Position numbers and translations under genes: made by a program. 64,000 nt of DNA from Eledone cirrhosa (Eukaryota), in contig OZ024752.1 of assembly GCA_964016885.1 (NCBI GenBank), positions 14,384,001 to 14,448,000 on the forward strand, read 5' to 3'. Shown here one piece after another: positions 28,802-43,149 of the stretch (its first letter is position 1; every line of letters begins with the position of its first letter). The notes beneath the pieces were generated by a model. The model worked only from the letters and a program-made list of their open reading frames with translations. It searched no databases and had not been told where the DNA came from.

Positions 28802-29277
28802 TATATATATATATATACATACATTCCGAGGGAAATCGCACAGCAACGCTGCAATGATCGAATGAAAAGCTGCATGGTTATCAACTACTAAAAAAAATCA
28901 AAAAATAATGCGTGGCTGTGTTGACAGAAATATATAAAATGAAAGGAATGTAGATACAAAAATATATCTCACATTGAAGTATACGCCTTTGTAATCCAAA
29001 GACAGGAAATTATAACGAAATACGTAATGCAGAAACGATCCTAGACATGCCAACAGATGTAGACTCTGCGGAATACGCATTGTAGAGATCACCTCCATCA
29101 AAATAACGGACATGTTATTACGATACTATCTACGTTTGGAGTATAATGTAATGGTGCAAATACTATCTGTGTTATATCTGTAAATTATTTCGGATAACAA
29201 TTCTTGTCATGAGATGCAAAATCCTTAATGGAAACAAATGCAAAGGAAGATCAACTCTAATCTTTCTCAATCAAATG

Positions 29278-29292
29278 ATAATAATAATAATA

Positions 29293-29344
<52 letters not shown>

Positions 29345-29369
29345 GAAGAAGAACAACAACAACAACAAT
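29278..29369. repeat. (AAT)n-(AAG)n-(AAC)n microsatellite
   Basis: Directly visible. Confidence 0.95.
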
Positions 29370-29569
29370 GAAAAATTCCCCAATAAGGGGAAACTCCCGA
29401 GGGCCATCGTGGAGAAAGCCCTTTAAAAATAGCCACGGTGACCCTGACCATCAGGGCAAGTGCCCTATAACAGTTTTCCACATTCAATTTACAGCCATAT
29501 ACTCAGAGTAGGCCCATTCACTCGGGCTACTCCTTACTCTCTCACACATCATTAATAATAATAATAATA

Positions 29570-29758
29570 ATTGTTTCAACGTTAGGCACAAAGGCCAGCA
29601 AAACACCCAGTGCATTTCTGGTACTTTATTTTATCGACCCCGTAAGGATGAAAGGCAAAGTTAACCTTGGCGGGATTTGAACTCAGATTGGCAAGGGCCG
29701 TAACTCTATACGCCAAAGCATGGCGTCCGACCCTCTGCCAATACTGCCAATCCACCAG
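29570..29758 (-). mobile_element. SINE S1 copy in (AAT)n
   Basis: S1 body and B-box. Confidence 0.88.
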
Positions 29759-29774
29759 TAATAATAATAATAAT

Positions 29775-30083
29775 AATATCATTATAATAGACCAACATAA
29801 CAAGGTCTGTTTATTGATAGAGGTGAGCATCCCATGTGATCACAGTATCACGGCAAAAGAGTTTGACAAGCTACGAAAATATAAAGAACTTCTTATTGAA
29901 ATTGAGAAAATATGGCATCTCATGGCCGTTACAATACCAGTGATTGGTGGAGTACTGGGTATGATCAAGAAAGGAACAGAACAATATTTGCGAATGATTC
30001 CTGGTTTGCCCTCTCTGCACGAGGTGCAAAAAATTGTTTTGACTGGTACTGCACACGTATTGAGAAGAGGACTATCTCTGTAA
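29775..30083 (+). pseudogene. C-terminal restriction-like endonuclease of an R4/Dong-type non-LTR retrotransposon
   Basis: CLLIEVSIPCD..AKEFDKLRKYKEL..TIPVIGGVLG..VQKIVLTGTAHVLRR; abuts (AAT)n, consistent with Dong-type TAA targeting. Confidence 0.8.
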
Positions 30084-30279
30084 GATTGATATCACTCCTT
30101 GTATTTGCATATGAATATGCAGATGTCTATATATGTTGATGAGACACAAAATTGTGTACGACACAAGGATATAAAGAGCGCTCTCAGGGTAGGAAGCCAA
30201 ACTCGTACGTGGTGAAGAATCTGCTAAAAGCCAAACTTCTACGTAGTGAAGAGAATCTGCTGACCGGTGTTGGAGACGT

Positions 30280-31585
30280 ATATAGAGGTAGAACACTGGA
30301 AGGTAATATCGGTAGTGGTAAAGCACTCAGTCCATGGGACGAGTTAGGTAGAAGTAGTTACACAACAGTTAGTTCACCATACCGAGAACAATTGTTTCAC
30401 CTTAGCATATCCTCAGCGCGTAATGGGCATTGTCATATGGAACTGTTTTTAGAAACTTCGTAAATAATATCAGTACTAGAATCTCAAACCTCTCTTCTAA
30501 TAACGCTATATTTGACAGGGCGGCATCCTACTATAATACGGCGTTAGCTAACAGCGGCTCCTCGCAACAGATCACTTACTCTCCCACTATCAACAACAGC
30601 AATAAGAAAAGAAAGCGTAATAATAGACAATCTATCTGGTTCTCTCGTCCCTTCTCATTCAATGTAGGGAAAACATTTCTAGCCCTCTTAGATAGACGCT
30701 TTCCCATAGGTCATAAATACCGCTCCATCTTTAACCGACACAATGCAAAACTGGGATACTCCTGCGCTATGAACATAAAGGCCCACATCACCAACAGCCA
30801 TAAGAACAACACCCCACCAGGGTGCTCTTGCCCTAAGCCCGAAGTTTGTCCATTTCAACAGCAATGCAACACACCCACTGTAATTTATGAAGCTGTGGTC
30901 ACTTCCAACCGACCAAATCCACCACAGGAGGTCAAATCCTATGTAGGCATGGCGGAGGGCCGATTAAAGGAACGCTACCTGAACTACCAGTCGACCTTTA
31001 GGTACCCGGACAAACGTTCATCCGCGAAACTCGCGAGCACGTATGGTCCCTCAAGGACTCAAGTAAAGACTATTCCATTCAATCGAAAGCCATCACTAAG
31101 TCCAAGCAATACGCAAGGCGAAAACCGTCTTTGGACTATGTATTGATGAAGGAATAAATATTCTAAAGAGATTATGCAATAGTGATTGCCTAAACACGAG
31201 AAATGAATGTTTTACACGTTGTCCACACGTCTCAAAACACATATTGCATAACTACAAAGCTCCGGGTTGAATTTATTGTCACAACATCATCATTTTCTTA
31301 TCAACTAAAAACTTTTGGGACTATCGCAGTTATCTCCCTTACACCTCTCGCACGCATTTTAGTATTGCCTGTGTGAAGTGACCGGTTTCTGCGCATGCGC
31401 GTTCCTACATTTGTCCTTCCTATTCCGTATAACCATGTCCATTACGAGCTGAGGATCCGCTAAGGTGAAAAAATTGTTCTCGGTATGGTGAACTAACTGT
31501 TGTGTAACCACTTCTACCTAACTCGTCCCATGGACTGAGTTGTCTACCACTACGGATATTATCTTCCAGTGTTCCACCATTATAT

Positions 31586-31590
<5 letters not shown>
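30280..31590 (+). mobile_element. 5'-truncated Hydra-like PLE (GIY-YIG remnant 30460-31270) with inverted arms
   Basis: IWFSRPFS, CPFQQQC..VIYEA..SYVG, CLNTRNE..CPH; 30280-30445 = revcomp of 31423-31590. Confidence 0.88.
31445..31482 (+). ncRNA. minimal HHR (mirrored at 30383-30420 -, related at about 36478-36515)
   Basis: cgag-CTGAGGA-tCC-gctaa-GGt-GAAA-(C/A)AATTG-TT-ctcg. Confidence 0.75.
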
Positions 31591-31985
<395 letters not shown>

Positions 31986-32389
31986 AATTCAGCGAGAATC
32001 GCATTTCGGCGAGTAGAAAAAGCGATACGAAAAGCAAAATCAGAGTTATGCTGGCAAGCGCTCCATAGTTAAAAAAACCCAGAGATAAACATATATGTTA
32101 AAATGCCATACAAACTGAAAAAGTGGTCAAGAAGGCATTAACCACCTAAGCCCAAAAAACAAGTCAAGCTAAACAGGTCAAACAAAATAAATGATAAAAT
32201 CATATATATATATATATACATATACACATATATAACCTACCTGGACCTATTGGAATTGATGGTAAAATCCAAATGCAGGCTTTCTATAACACCTAAATCA
32301 ATAATTCTGTCTACTTAAAACTATAAACTTCTGGTATAATAATCGAACAAGGAATATCACGTTATCAACAGGTATTTTGCTCTGCGCCA

Positions 32390-32567
<178 letters not shown>

Positions 32568-32768
32568 AAAATGGAACGGGAACAAAACAGAGAGGCAGTA
32601 CAAACAAAGGTTTATTAGTTTCACGCTCTTTCTTGAGAGTGGGGGGGGGGGCGTCGCGGCATAAGCCCTTCTTCAGACGAATGGTGTTTGGGAAGAGAGT
32701 TCCATGGATGTGTAGGGGAGTGGGGGAAAGACATTTAGAAAAGAGAGGTGAGATGAAAAGGTGGAGGT

Positions 32769-32806
<38 letters not shown>

Positions 32807-32807
<1 letters not shown>

Positions 32808-34253
32808 TAGCAGAAGTATCCGGCGTTGCCCGGGTGTAAGTCGATCTTTGCTCTGTTGTTAAAATGTGTGAAAGTTACATCCCGCGCATCACAGGTGCAA
32901 AAACATTTGAACCTCAAGGAAAAAACAGAGCTTAGTAGACGCAGGTGTGTAATTGAGCATAAATATTGTAGGTTCACAGTGTATCGTTGAAATTGTTCCT
33001 TGCCCGACTGACGGCAGTCAAATTCACTTGAAATTGAATTTTCAGTTGGGTGAAAAGTCGATTTTTTCAGTTGTTTTTTTTTACAATTTTCGCGCTCACA
33101 TGTGCAGAAGAAGAAATAAAAAGGATTTTATCTGAATCGCGAAATAAAGGCGAGTCTTTTGCGACAGTTTTCAAGAAAATTGGACGTTCCTGTAAAACGT
33201 TTTCCCATGTGCAACTTTGCCTTGTTTATTTGCGCAAAGTCGAACCCCGCTTCAGTTTCATTGATTTTTTACATGAATGCGTGACCTCTGAAGTAGATTT
33301 GTGTAGCTAAAAACCTGTCCCGGCAGATTTGCTATAGGTGAAAAAAAGTTGATCAAAATTGTGTCTAGGGTTATTGCCCTTTGTAACAGCCTCAACGTGT
33401 CTTCAAGTATGGTTTGTTAATTTGTTGTGGAAATAAATCGACTTTCGTCAAATCGTACCGAGGAAACAATGTTTCCATTTGTCTTTCTAGCTGGTGTACC
33501 CGGTTACACTCGGGGTTATAAGGCGCTGGATTTAAACGGGTCTGCGCTAAATTCCAGCAGGATGCTTTAACCGAAATAAATGAAGAACAAACCTTTCTTT
33601 TTGTGCTCCAATCTGTGATATTGGTATTTTGAAAAACGTAGTCAACAAACATCCATGGAACATGTGTAACGCATGTATCAGGTTATGAGAAAAAGGGTTT
33701 TCGATTCTCCAATCATAAGATACCAAAAAATTGCACGCAAATAAACCGGGATTTTAAGGCACTGCCCAATTCATAACTGAAAGGTAAGAATCAAGTGGAA
33801 TAATGTTTTTCGACATTGTAAAATGTACAACCGTACACAAGAAAAGGAGATAGTCATTGAAATCTAGGTAGACCAAAGCATTTGGTGGCGTTGTATATTA
33901 GAGGATTGTTTTCCTTGTGATTCGCGTCTAGCCTACAAAGTGAAGTTAGATGATTGTAGTCGGTGTTGTATCAATAACAAGTAAAAGCATACGGAAGACT
34001 GAACACTTACGAATTAAGTGAAAATCACGTTGATATTCCTATCGGAGCAACATGTGCCGAAAAACCCGATGGACTGTTGTGTCAATATTGAAATCGTAGA
34101 TTATCGATTTTTCGAAAATTTGAAGTAGCATATTCCAATCTAAGGGTCGAGTTTTATATATGTGTCAAGTTTCATGAAAATCGGATGAACGGTGTAGCCT
34201 GCAATTTCGGGACACCAAACAAACAAACAACACCCAACTTCACTTTATATATA

Positions 34254-34256
<3 letters not shown>
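32807..34256 (-). mobile_element. non-autonomous Helitron carrying an S2 SINE fragment (33436-33490)
   Basis: Minus strand starts TCTTATATATAAAG plus (gttt)n and ends ccgggcaacgccgg hairpin then CTAG. Confidence 0.8.
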
Positions 34257-34328
<72 letters not shown>

Positions 34329-34964
34329 TCTGGAAGTGGCAATAAGTATTTTCTAAAGGCAGATAATAACATAAAACATATTTATTATTGATGCTTAGTG
34401 CAATGTTGAAATGGATTCCAGACCAATTATTGCGATTGAAATCAACGATATATATCATGTCAAAGTGAATTGAATTGCCATTGTATACAATTTAGACAAT
34501 TAAACCACATTCTTGTCCAACATAATTCTGCAAATACATTCATGAGCAAATAAGAATTTATTTATTACATCCCATAAATTCAGTTGGATATTCTTACGTG
34601 AAATATTTCCCATTAAAGCAAACCCTTCTTAAACTATTCATAACATAATTCAGTTTAACCAGCAATTGGTTATTATTACACAATGTATATTCTCTCATGT
34701 ATTGAGATTTACATATTTAGCTGAATCAATAGGGTGTTTCACAAGCGATCTACTTTTACAACTTTGTTAATACACCTAGGAAGATTAGGTCTAAATATTT
34801 TGCACATTTCATTCGTGAACAGATAATATTTATTTTATTAATATAAAAATATTGGTATTGACAAACCAAGGACACATTACAATTGATAAGATGATTAAAT
34901 TGTTGAGTTAAGGGCATCGTTTTAGTGGAATACGGTGTCTGATATGTTAAAATCCTCACCCAAG

Positions 34965-35390
34965 TTTTATGGTCCTTTACGTTCTGAGTTCAAATCCCAC
35001 CGACATTAACTTTGCCTTTTATCCTTACGGGGTTGCTAAAATGATGCACCAGTAATGTACTGGGGCCGTTTAATCGTCTTCCCCCACCCCACCCCCAAAT
35101 GTTTGGCCTTGTGCCTATAATAGAAATTATGTAAGTTTCACTCATTTGAATTTAACATTCAGTAATTATTCGTGTTAGTTCTTTGAACTTTACGTTGAAC
35201 ACTACGACTTTCAAAAGCATGTGTTTTATACCGTCAGGGCTTTGGCAGAGTCGTTAGAACGTCGGGTAGAATGATTTGCAGTATTTCTTTCAGCTCTCTT
35301 CTCTGAGTTCAAATTTTTCCGGGGTCAACCTTGCCTTTCATCCACTCGAATACGATAACAAATACAAGTCAAATACTAGAGTCTATTTGT
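34965..35390 (+). mobile_element. two diverged SINE S1 copies (34965-35130, 35240-35390)
   Basis: ctgagttcaaat B-boxes and ttgcctttcatcc body. Confidence 0.8.
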
Positions 35391-35847
35391 CCAAAAATAC
35401 GAACACGCGCATGGATACAATGGGCTTCAGCACGATAGAATTAATTAATTAGAAATAATTATTGATAATGGTATATCGTGCAATGGCCATACTTGATTAT
35501 CGCTAATACGAAGCAAAATTCTTAATTACACAGCTAAGTCTGCAGGTATGGAGAGTAAATATAATTTTATAGGAGGAACTGAATGTAAAATTCTTCGCGG
35601 TGAATATCTTAATGACCAGTTGTATGTCAGAGGATAAATGATAAAACACTAAAATGGAACTGATCACAATGCACCATCAATCACCCCAACATGATATATT
35701 CACGTTGTACCATTATTTGTGAAAAAATATATCTTCGTGGAAAATTCCATATAAATCTTTTACTAATTGGTTACAAACATCCTGATGTTTTATACTACAA
35801 TAGTTGTAATTACATATCTACGTACATACATATATGATATCTTCCCC

Positions 35848-36150
35848 CTCGTTATCGAGTATGGCCATTGCACGATATACCATTATCAATAATTATTAAT
35901 TAAATCTATCGTGCAATGTCTGTGCGTGAAGATATTGTTTAAAGTGAGGAAAGACTGTGCACTGAGCCAATCCCACTCTCTGTGCGACAGTAGCTATAAC
36001 CCGAAAAGAAGAAAATGTCAACATCATCGGTAACTACTGAGCCGCAGGTTTTATATCGGAGTTATCCCAGTTTCCTGAGTTGCCTTCTCCCAGAAGAATG
36101 CCTTGACAAAGGCTAGGGGTCCTTCACTCCCAGTGGTTTAACCGCGCGAC
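35848..36150. repeat. interspersed repeat family O (second copy 48797-49100; inverted partial arm 35431-35500)
   Basis: ~300 bp shared between the loci; internal cattgcacgata/tatcgtgcaatg hairpin. Confidence 0.8.
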
Positions 36151-36261
36151 ACATGTGTATATATATTTACTGTGTATATACATATTTACACACTTTTGGA
36201 TGGCCGTGGACTCTTATGAGTTATTCCGCCCTACATACATACAAACACACACACACACACT

Positions 36262-36302
<41 letters not shown>

Positions 36303-36308
36303 AAACAT

Positions 36309-36422
<114 letters not shown>

Positions 36423-36600
36423 GGATAAATTTTAGGATCCTCTAGGATCCTCAGCTTGGTCTAAATGTTAGACTGAATTGTGGATCCGAATAAGGTGAAA
36501 CAATTGTTATCGACATAGGAAACTAACTGTTGTGGAACCTCTTCTACCAACTCAACTCGTCCCATGGACAGAGTGAACTACTACTATGAATATATGTATA

Positions 36601-36688
<88 letters not shown>

Positions 36689-36942
36689 CATACATATTAT
36701 ATATGTATGTATATATATATAATTAAGTTAAAAGTGTACATCCACATATGTATACTGAAATACTAGTATGGATATAAATACACACACGTATACATATGTA
36801 CATGTACCGAGTTTTTCACTGGACACTTTAATGTGAGTGTCCAGCTAGTCTGTATGTAACCAAACAGACAAACCGGGTTTTAGAGTCATACGGGTTTTCA
36901 AGGAAACACCTTTCCTCTATGCTCCAGAGAGCCAGACAGGAA

Positions 36943-36983
36943 TATTGGACTAGTTTCGATGTTATTACATCTCATCAGCAATA
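36943..36983 (-). ncRNA. canonical minimal type-I hammerhead ribozyme
   Basis: tattg-CTGATGA-GATGT-aata-ACATC-GAAA-CTAG-TC-caata. Confidence 0.92.
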
Positions 36984-37031
36984 TATACCCATCTTCCGGC
37001 TTCTCTAGAGAATCGTAAAAGCACATATCGT

Positions 37032-37078
37032 TATATGCTTTTTCTATGAAAATTAGTAGTGGGCAGACTAATTTGCAT
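37032..37078 (-). promoter_or_regulatory. octamer + PSE-like block (also at +468, +936, +1404)
   Basis: Minus strand ATGCAAATtagtctgccca..TAATTTTCATAGAAAAAGCATATA. Confidence 0.45.
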
Positions 37079-37410
37079 AGAACGTGAGTTGTACGCACCG
37101 GTTCAGCGGAAACGATAAAAACAAATAACGAAACGAAATTAAATTTCGTTTCGTTTGTAACTCACTTTCGTATGACTGACGCTTAAACAATTAAGTTAAA
37201 AGTGTACATCCACATATGTATACTAAAATACTAGTATGGATATAAATACACACACGTATACATATGTACATGTACCGAGTTTTTCACTGGACACTTTAAT
37301 GTGAGTGTCCAGCTAGTCTGTATGTAACCAAACAGACAAACCGGGTTTTAGAGTCATACGGGTTTTCAAGGAAACACCTTTCCTCTATGCTCCAGAGAGC
37401 CAGACAGGAA

Positions 37411-37451
37411 TATTGGACTAGTTTCGATGTTATTACATCTCATCAGCAATA
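37411..37451 (-). ncRNA. hammerhead ribozyme, unit 2
   Basis: Identical to 36943-36983. Confidence 0.92.
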
Positions 37452-37878
37452 TATACCCATCTTCCGGCTTCTCTAGAGAATCGTAAAAGCACATATCGTT
37501 ATATGATTTTTCTATGAAAATTAGTAGTGGGCAGACTAATTTGCATAGAACGTGAGTTGTACGCACCGGTTCAGCGGAAACGATAAAAACAAATAACGAA
37601 ACGAAATTAAATTTCGTTTCGTTTGTAACTCACTTTTGTATGACTGACGCTTAAACAATTAAGTTAAAAGTGTACATCCACATATGTATACTGAAATACT
37701 AGTATGGATATAAATACACACACGTATACATATGTACATGTACCGAGTTTTTCACTGGACACTTTAATGTGAGTGTCCAGCTAGTCTGTATGTAACCAAA
37801 CAGACAAACCGGGTTTTAGAGTCATACGGGTTTTCAAGGAAACACCTTTCCTCTATGCTCCAGAGAGCCAGACAGGAA

Positions 37879-37919
37879 TATTGGACTAGTTTCGATGTTA
37901 TTACATCTCATCAGCAATA
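37879..37919 (-). ncRNA. hammerhead ribozyme, unit 3
   Basis: Identical to 36943-36983. Confidence 0.92.
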
Positions 37920-38346
37920 TATACCCATCTTTCGGCTTCTCTAGAGAATCGTAAAAGCACATATCGTTATATGCTTTTTCTATGAAAATTAGTCGTGGGC
38001 AGACTAATTTGCATAGAACGTGAGTTGTACGCACCGGTTCAGCGGAAACGATAAAAACAAATAACGAAACGAAATTAAATTTCGTTTCGTTTGTAACTCA
38101 CTTTTGTATGACTGAGGCTTAAACAATTAAGTTAAAAGTGTACATCCACATATGTATACTGAAATACTAGTATGGATATAAATACACACACGTATACATA
38201 TGTACATGTACCGAGTTTTTCACTGGACACTTTAATGTGAGTGTCCAGCTAGTCTGTATGTAACCAAACAGACAAACCGGGTTTTAGAGTCATACGGGTT
38301 TTCAAGGAAACACCTTTCCTCTATGCTCCAGAGAGCCAGACAGGAA

Positions 38347-38387
38347 TATTGGACTAGTTTCGATGTTATTACATCTCATCAGCAATA
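38347..38387 (-). ncRNA. hammerhead ribozyme, unit 4
   Basis: Identical to 36943-36983. Confidence 0.92.
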
Positions 38388-38639
38388 TATACCCATCTTC
38401 CGGCTTCTCTAGAGAATCGTAAAAGCACATATCGTTATATGCTTTTTCTATGAAAATTAGTAGTGGGCAGACTAATTTGCATAGAACGTGTGTGTATTTA
38501 TATCCATACTAGTATTTCAGTATACATATGTGGATGTACACTTTTAACTTAATTGTTTAAGCGTCAGTCATACAAAAGTGAGTTACAAACGAAACGAAAT
38601 TTAATTTCGTTTCGTTATTTGTTTTTATATATATATACA

Positions 38640-39020
38640 TAAATATCAAAGTTATGTTCAAATCATTAAATCGCTGACAATTGTTTCTTCCAAACTTTAG
38701 TTTGAAGTCATCGGAGCATTATCAATGTTTGTACATATAATTAACTACCTATTCAACTGAGCAATCATATAGATACATATATATTGATGTGGTGAACAAC
38801 AGTTTAGTATTTACAGGGTGTAATGGATGCCACATATATTATACGAGAATTGAACATAACTTTGATATTTGTGTAATTTATATTCCTGCTCTGTAAAACA
38901 CCTGGTATTTTTACATCGAGCTAGCTCTATTACTGGTAATAAGGTAGTAATAAATTACTGACCTTTCCTATTTATAGTTGTGTATAGTGTAGTATATACA
39001 TAACTATACATAGTATCATT
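38640..39020. mobile_element. family A internally inverted copy
   Basis: 38640-38850 matches 2200-2408; 38850-39020 matches 3615-3790. Confidence 0.8.
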
Positions 39021-39024
39021 ATTA

Positions 39025-39200
39025 TTGGCAATATCGGTAGAGGGTTGGACGCCATGCTTTCTAGCATAGTTACGTCCCTTTACAGTCTGAGTTCAAATCC
39101 TGCCGAGGTTAACTTTGCCTTTCATCCTTACGGGTCGATAAAATAAAGTACCAGTAATGTACTGGGTTGCTGGCCTTGTGCTTAAAGTAGAAACAATTAT
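39025..39200 (+). mobile_element. SINE S1 copy
   Basis: Revcomp of 5416-5600. Confidence 0.9.
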
Positions 39201-40039
39201 TATTATATATATATATATATATATAATTGGTGTGGGATGCTTAAAGCTTCCGGAAGCGGAATGCCGTTTGAGGACTCGGAATCGATCGTGCCTTTAGCTG
39301 CTTGCCAGAGAAACGATTGTATTATGTCTAATAAATCTTATTCATCGCACCACTGATTCTCCGTTTCTTATGTGATGTATATATATATATATATATAAAT
39401 ACTATACCAAAAAAATATTTTGGGATGCAAGAATCATATTGAAATTAAATAATAAAGAAGAAAAATTAGGATTATAAAGTTAAATTATGCGTCTTTATGT
39501 ATAATTTCTATTGGTATTATGTGAGTGGAAGGATATTTAAAAATTGGTATGAGTTTCGTTATATAACTGATATGGTTATAAGCTATGAGATAAATTATTA
39601 GGTTCAAAAGAAGAGATGTAATTACCGTGGCCTAATTTATCTATCAACAATTATATTTAAGTAGGTATTACACGCATAGAGGAAAATATTAACTATTTGT
39701 TAACTATTATTATAAGAAAAGATGTATGTATTATTGCCTAGTTTATCAATATATATTAAATTTAATTTATTTATATACTAACTAAAGATAAGGTAGATGA
39801 AAAAGTTATAATGAAAAATATATTAGTTTTACTGACTTTGTCTATTCATCTTTATTTTATATGTAAACATAATAAAACCGCTTAAAATTAAATAAAGAAG
39901 CTTTACTTATTTAATTATTATTTTGTTAAGTTTAACTAAAAATTCTATGAAAAGTTTTCGAAAATCTGTGAAGACAAACGCTAAATATTCGGAACGTTTA
40001 TTAATAATTAGATCTCTAATATGAAGGATATGCAAAATT

Positions 40040-40865
40040 TCTGTAGAAAATGGTGTTGGGATTTTCTCAAAGAATAACAGCAAAACATTTATTTAAAAAA
40101 AAAGGCAATTAATCGTACCGGTTTCAACCAAATGTTGTTGAGGCTTCTTCGTGCTACATGAAATATGATTAAAAAGTGTATAATAAAATTGAAGTTAATA
40201 TTAATAAGAAGATGGTATAAGAGAACATAGTTTACATACATATAAGGGCTCACATTTTCATCTATCTCTTTTTCTTCCGCCCCCTCTCTCTCTCCCTTGG
40301 TTTGTTCCTTGTATTGTCTGACTGGTTGTTGACTACAATTGCAGTAGTAATAGTGGAAATGGTAGAGGGAGGATGACGGGGAGAGAAGAAGATGAAGAAA
40401 AAGAAGAAGAAGAAGGAGGTGTTGTAGTAATAATAGGGCTTTAGCAAAGGAGGAAGGGGGAGTCGAAGAAGAAGAAGCAAAAGGAGATGACAGGGAGGTG
40501 TGGTAGTAATATTATTATTAAAACTAGTAATAGAAGCTGTCCGTGGGACTGACCTTAATGGTAGAGTGACCTAAAAAATTGACCTGAAGTAGCGAATGTT
40601 TCTAAATATATCTTTCTTAGTATTTTTGTAGGAAATACTGTCGCTCTTACTGTGTACAATGGTGTTAATGTTGAATGTTAATGAGAAAACATGTTTTCTC
40701 ATTAATATACATTTTAATTTCATTATAAACATTTTAATCATATTTCCTGTATCATGAAAAACCCTCAACAACTTTTGGCTGAAACCGGTACGATCAGTTG
40801 CCTTTGTTTAAAATAAATGTTGGGCTGTTATTCTATGAAAAAATCCCATTAGCATTTTTTTCTGA
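40040..40865. mobile_element. family L inverted-repeat element with decayed HHRs
   Basis: 40040-40150 = revcomp of 40760-40865; GG(C/T)T-GAAA-CCGG-TA-cgat. Confidence 0.7.
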
Positions 40866-40935
40866 TTTTCGTATCAACTAATGTCTGTCTCCTCAATATT
40901 CCATATATATATATATATATATATATCTGTATATA

Positions 40936-41015
<80 letters not shown>

Positions 41016-41062
41016 ATGAAATATGAAATATAAGAATCAAAGAACTGTTCAAAACATTATTG

Positions 41063-41109
41063 TGCTTACAGCTGTTTCCTCCAAACCGAGGTTTGGATTC
41101 TTCGGAGCA
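41063..41109 (-). ncRNA. minimal HHR, U4C core variant
   Basis: tgct-CCGAAGA-aTCCAAAC-ctcg-GTTTGGAg-GAAA-CAGCTG-TA-agca. Confidence 0.75.
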
Positions 41110-41715
41110 ATTTATTAATGCATGGACAGTTATATGACCTCCCTTTCAGCCGAGAGACATACCAATACATATTCAAACATTGATACATATTCAAACATTG
41201 TGGGTCAACATTCATTACAGAATTTAGAGTGGCAGTACACACTTCGAGATTACATTTATATTCATAGGTACAATCACAAATCAAAGATATAGGTTAAAAT
41301 ACAACATGAAGATAAGCGGTTATATAGTGCAAATGTTATATGTGTGGTATGCATGTGCGTCTTGTTTATATAGTGTGGCAGAGAGATATGTGTGGTAGAG
41401 GCACTTAGGTAGGTAAATAAGAGTGTTAGGTTGGTAGATCTGGTGGCAAATTCTTTATATGATTGATATAGTCTGTGTGTGGAGAAATATTATAAGCATC
41501 AAAGATAGTGCAAGCATTAAAAGTGTTATAAGTAATGGAGATGCACAGCGCAGGGATGTCAAGTATTTCATGTACTTCGGCATTTTCATGGTCAGGGGAG
41601 TAAATTTTTCGATTATATGCCCTTCACATAATCCACGACAATCCAGTTAGAGATCGTAGTCTGGTGTTCTTTAGTTCGATACAGGAGGTTGTTACGTTTC
41701 TAGAAACGCCATTGA

Positions 41716-41782
<67 letters not shown>

Positions 41783-41887
41783 GGACCATCTTCCTGCTAT
41801 TTCAAGAGTTCAACTAATATATTTCTCCGTGGTACTGTGCCGTTTGTTTTGTTATTTCTGTTTACTTTTTACACACACACACACACC

Positions 41888-41942
<55 letters not shown>

Positions 41943-41945
<3 letters not shown>

Positions 41946-42140
41946 GGAGGTGAGTTTTATTGTAGTACAATAAAGCAATGCAGATATCGGATAAGAAGCA
42001 CTCTACAGTTTGTAGGACTGGAGTATACATAATATATAAGATCAAAAGATGGTTAAAGGAGTTCCATGTATTTTATTATGCGCATTTCAAAAACAAACAT
42101 CATCATGCAATAATATTTGTGTTTTCATCAGATAAAACAG
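41943..42140 (-). mobile_element. family J PLE terminal arm with HHR-like motif 42071-42137
   Basis: CTGATGA-long AU-rich stem-GAAA-TGCG; homologous to 48240-48400 and related to family D. Confidence 0.7.
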
Positions 42141-42945
42141 GAGGACATGATATGAAGGCTAAAAAACACTTGTGGATAGTGCAGTTTTAAATCAACATAT
42201 GAGAAGTAGTTTTAGATTGATGTGTGATATTGGGAAAAATATTTTATTTAGAGAGGGGGGGTGGAAAGGATGAAAAAAAGGGGAGGAGATGAGAGTGAAG
42301 GTGGAGAGGGACAGATGGGTGATATTTGAACTTCTGCACCTGCTTCAGTGGATTTCATTTACATGCTGACTGCATTGCGCAAACCTTCTTGTTTGTCTAA
42401 ATATTTTAATCAGTTCTATACAACATTAGACTCTATAATTGTTTGCAAATCACGATATCGATTCCTAGAATTGATGTTGTTTTAAAGATTTTTCTATCAA
42501 ATTTTTTAATAAAATGAGATTATAAAAAGAGGATGAAATTAAATGTACGATATGTTGTATGCTAATTGAGAATCAGACCAGAGATACAATTCTGAAGACA
42601 GTTAGCAGCAAATTGGTCCGTCTACACAATATATTATATGAGTAAATACATATCTCACAGTTTTGGGGAACATTGAGTATATTAAACACTATACAAATAT
42701 TTCGGTTCATATATTTCTCTGATTTCATACATCGGTCATTAATTCCTGCAGCTTTTAGAATTAATATACTGCCAGATTTTAATTCTATCAATTTTAAATC
42801 AATATTAAAAGACTATTAGATGCAAGAGGGCATAGCAAATATTTGATATGTTAGTAAATATAAATATAAATATAAATATAAATAAAAAAAGTATAAATAT
42901 TGACTTGCAAAGCCAATTGATGTAACCTAAATTCTATATTGCTAT

Positions 42946-43005
<60 letters not shown>

Positions 43006-43036
43006 AGGTATGCGTATATAAATTCTATATTGCTAT

Positions 43037-43149
<113 letters not shown>

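Larger units (their letters stand above)
36721..38628 (-). mobile_element. non-coding HHR tandem array (family I, retrozyme-like), 468-nt period, with inverted arm
   Basis: Units start at 36721, 37189, 37657 and 38125 and are near-identical; 38486-38628 is an inverted copy joined via acgtg microhomology. Confidence 0.92.

Noticed and set aside
36898-38034. Thrice-repeated 66-aa ORF
   Set aside because: Non-ATG start, overlaps the promoter-like block and HHR, and not conserved in family E; a by-product of the repeat
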